From Raillietiella orientalis (taxonomy: Eukaryota), in contig JAYWIR010000001.1 of assembly GCA_036172245.1 (NCBI GenBank), positions 1,612,001 through 1,676,000 on the forward strand: a stretch of 64,000 nt of DNA. The letters are read 5' to 3'. The notes beneath the pieces are model-generated. The model did no database searches. It was not told where the DNA came from and was given only the letters and a program-made list of their open reading frames with translations. The position numbers were made by a program, and so were the translations under genes. This document shows positions 60,901-64,000 of this stretch, piece after piece; within the stretch, counting starts at the first letter, position 1, and each line of letters opens with the position of its first letter.

Positions 60901-62889
60901 GGCTCGAACGGATTCCGTTCCGTACCGATGGATCTGAAATTTCACCGGGAACTGTGTTCCGAGTGGGAGGGACGGTCGCGTGGGCGGGACGAGCCGCGGA
61001 TGGCCAAGAGCGGAAGAACCCACACAAACACACACCTCTCCCGACGAGCCAGCTCGCGTCCCGTACGGGGTCCTGAAAACTCCGGCACTCTTCGCCGGTC
61101 CCACTGAGAAAAAAAGAGAGGGAAGTCCTTCTCGTCGGAGACGTCATTGTGCGTGGTTTCACCCATCTTCTGTAATTGAGCAGAAGCTGTGCTGAGACAA
61201 AGGCACGGCTGGAGTTGCTTATCCATCAGCGCGCCCTATTATTTCGTGGGTTCCATTGTCACTCCCGTCTCAATGTACGGTCCGCAAACGCACGCACGCA
61301 CGCACGCAGTTCACTCGTTCTCAGATTGCTAAACACATTGTTAAAGACGCCGGATTTTACACATGTGTATGTACGTACGTACATATAAATGAGTCGAGTC
61401 CCCCACCCTTCCCCACGCTTCCGAAATGGGTCGCTTCGAGGCCTGCCGCGGCGCTCGCTGAAGGTTCCTTCTGGGCTTCCTTCTGGAGACCTCAGATACG
61501 GCGGTCTCGCGGGCGCGTCGCTGCGTCCACGTGGGAGCGAGCTGGTGGTGTTTTCGTGGACGAGCGCTCTCTTCCCATGCCGGACGGTGAATCAACAACT
61601 TTTATTGATCATCATGTCGGCTCCGCGCAGAATAACGATGAGCGCCCATTTCCATAACATTAATGTCGAATTAATTATGCATTCTAATCCTATTGGACCT
61701 GCCACGTGTGACATTAGCATGGATGTGCGCGAGCACCGGATTCCCCGTTTTATTGTCATTTCTGGAACTCTGTGCATTCGAGCCGCAGGAATTCCCATGC
61801 TCGTGCGAGGACAAATGCGTCGGACCGTCGGATGGAAGCCGCCGGCAAATAGATATGAATTTTTTAAACGAAAGTGAAAGCCGCGCGGTACCCACAAGAA
61901 TAACACCTAGCAGTTGGGACAAGGAGGGAGAGGGGAAAGTGAAAGTGAACCTAGGAGTCCTTCTGCAAACACCTTACAGAGTTCCCGTCCTCTTGCAGCC
62001 CTAGAGGGCGCACTGGCGGAAGCTCCGCAGCTCCGGCCGGTCGGTCGGCTGCCCGCGGTGCAGGAGTCCCTTCGGCCAGAGAGGCTCCGAGCGAAAACGA
62101 GTGGCTCGCGGAGAAGCCTCGTGGCAAAGCGGCACTGGGATGGGTGGTGGTGGCTGCTTCTGTTTTCAGCAGCAGCAGCAGCAGCTGTTACCCTTCGGGA
62201 GGGAAAGCCGCGTTCTTGGGGTGGCGTCCAAGCAAGCGACAGCCTTCCGTGCCATCAGCCCTGCACCTACTCTGGGGACGGGTGCAAGGAAAGCTCACTC
62301 TGGGCAGCAGCAGGATTGGATTGCCTGCTCGCGACCACGGCACTTCGAGCAAGAGTCCCTCTTTTGGGGTCTTCGGAAATGTTCGCCTCCGGTTCTGGAA
62401 AACGGGCAGAGTGCTGGTGCCAGCCTTCCGGCCTCTATCCCAGCGTCGAGCTCTCTCCAGAAATCCCCGGCAACCCCGAGTCCGCACGCGCGAATCCCCA
62501 AACTCTGGACTCTTCGCGGGTGGGATGGTGTCCGGAATGCCGCAGACACCGGGAGGATTCACTGCCCGGGTCCATCCGAGACGCGTGAGCCCGGCTGCAG
62601 CTGAGAGGCGCTCACGGGAGCTCATCGGTCGAGACGTCGGTCGAGGCTCAGACGGCCAACGGCAGCAGCAGTTCCCGGCACTTCGAGGGCCTTGATGGCG
62701 AGGAAGACCACGGTGCTCTGAGCCCCTTTCCCGGAACCCGCCGTGACCTGGGCTTCGGGTCAGGTACAAAATCCCGAACGATCATTAAAGAATGAACACG
62801 TGTGCTTATTATTCATAGACTGATGTGCAGATTTCTCTTAATGTACACAGTCGTTCATATTTATTAACAGGATTTCCAAGATGATGCAT

Positions 62890-63400
62890 GAAAGGCCATT
62901 AAAAATATGCTTATTATACATATTCACATATATATTTATATAAAGATTAATAATACAGGGATTAATGTATATTACAAAGATTATAATAAATAAATATGCA
63001 TGAAGGTTAGGATAACTAAACTTGCACCGTGATTTTGATATGTATTGACATATATATTTATACACATACGTATATATGTATGTGTACATATTTATTATGT
63101 TTATGTATGTATATATATATATATATATATAGATGAATATCTTTATATATATATTTATGCATGCATTTATATTACCTATAAACATTGATGTACACAATAA
63201 GCATGTATATTTATTTTTCATAATCTTTCATGTTCATATATATGTATATACATATCAACAAGATGATCAACAACTTATTAATTTTATTAATAAAATTTGT
63301 GTCGCTGGATCTTAATAAGCATACCTGTTCCAGTAATACTGCTCTCAATAACATATGTGCCAATTAGTGTGAATAACTGTGTATATAGAAAATACATTCA
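62890..63400. repeat. AT-rich low-complexity block with (TA)n runs
   Basis: Abrupt composition shift from GC-rich flanks, read directly from sequence. Confidence 0.8.
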
Positions 63401-64000
63401 TACGTCAGTCTGTGCAGGATGAGGACGCGCGCGTTTCTCTCGTGAGCTTTCGAGATTCTGCTTGCCTTCTCGAGGCCACGGAAGAATCGGAAGAAGGGAG
63501 GCTGCACTTTGCTGGAAAGGGGTTCAAAAGCTCACGTTTTCGTCCGGTCAAGGGAGGCTGCGGCCAAACCGCTGTGGTGAGTCCCTCTCTCCATCAGCGT
63601 TCCTCAGCCTCGCACCGACGAGGAAGAGGAACGGGGAACCTCCCCCTTCCCCCTCCCCCCTCCTCGTAAGATAAATCGAGGAACGCCAGGAGCAACGTAA
63701 TCCCGGAGCCGCCACCACCCTGTGGCATCTGCCATCCGTGGCAGCGACCCTGACTTGACAGGTCGCTCTTCCCGTCCCTCCCCGGGGAGGCGGGTTTTGC
63801 CTGCACTCGCCTCTGGAACGTTTTCTTTTTTTACCGTCCTCTCTCCTGCAGCTCCCCCGCGAAGAAGCGGTCCGAGGAGGACGAAGGCTGGAAAGTGGCC
63901 TGCTCCTTCGGGAAACCCGGCCGTCCGGTAGCCCAAGAAATCCTCCAGGGAGGGCTTTCTTCGCCGTCTTCGCGAAACGTTCGCTAGGTACCCGAGAACC

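Noticed and set aside
1-64000. CRISPR arrays, operons or other prokaryotic systems
   Set aside because: The sequence is eukaryotic in character, and no regularly spaced repeat-spacer array was seen.

Overview
This is eukaryotic (arthropod-like), GC- and microsatellite-rich, gene-poor DNA, and most six-frame ORFs are low-complexity artefacts. The one convincing gene is on the minus strand (ATG 11338, main exon to 9259). It encodes a Zelda/vielfaltig-like protein with an N-terminal C2H2 finger, the EILDLD acidic patch and the JAZ-type finger GHLNRHLTTTAHKNA. I find no trace in this window of the C-terminal four-finger DNA-binding cluster that defines Zelda, and the nearest strong splice acceptor ends the protein two codons later. 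The remaining ~52 kb looks like a regulatory gene desert. It holds a decayed L1/Tx1-type retrotransposon, a tRNA-derived SINE-like element, an intronless NEK6/7-like kinase pseudogene, a near-identical 758-bp inverted repeat pair, a near-identical ~940-bp direct repeat pair, an ~86-nt fold-back, several very old LINE relics, a signal-peptide-like small ORF and clusters of homeodomain-type motifs. All homology calls come from recalled motifs, not database searches.
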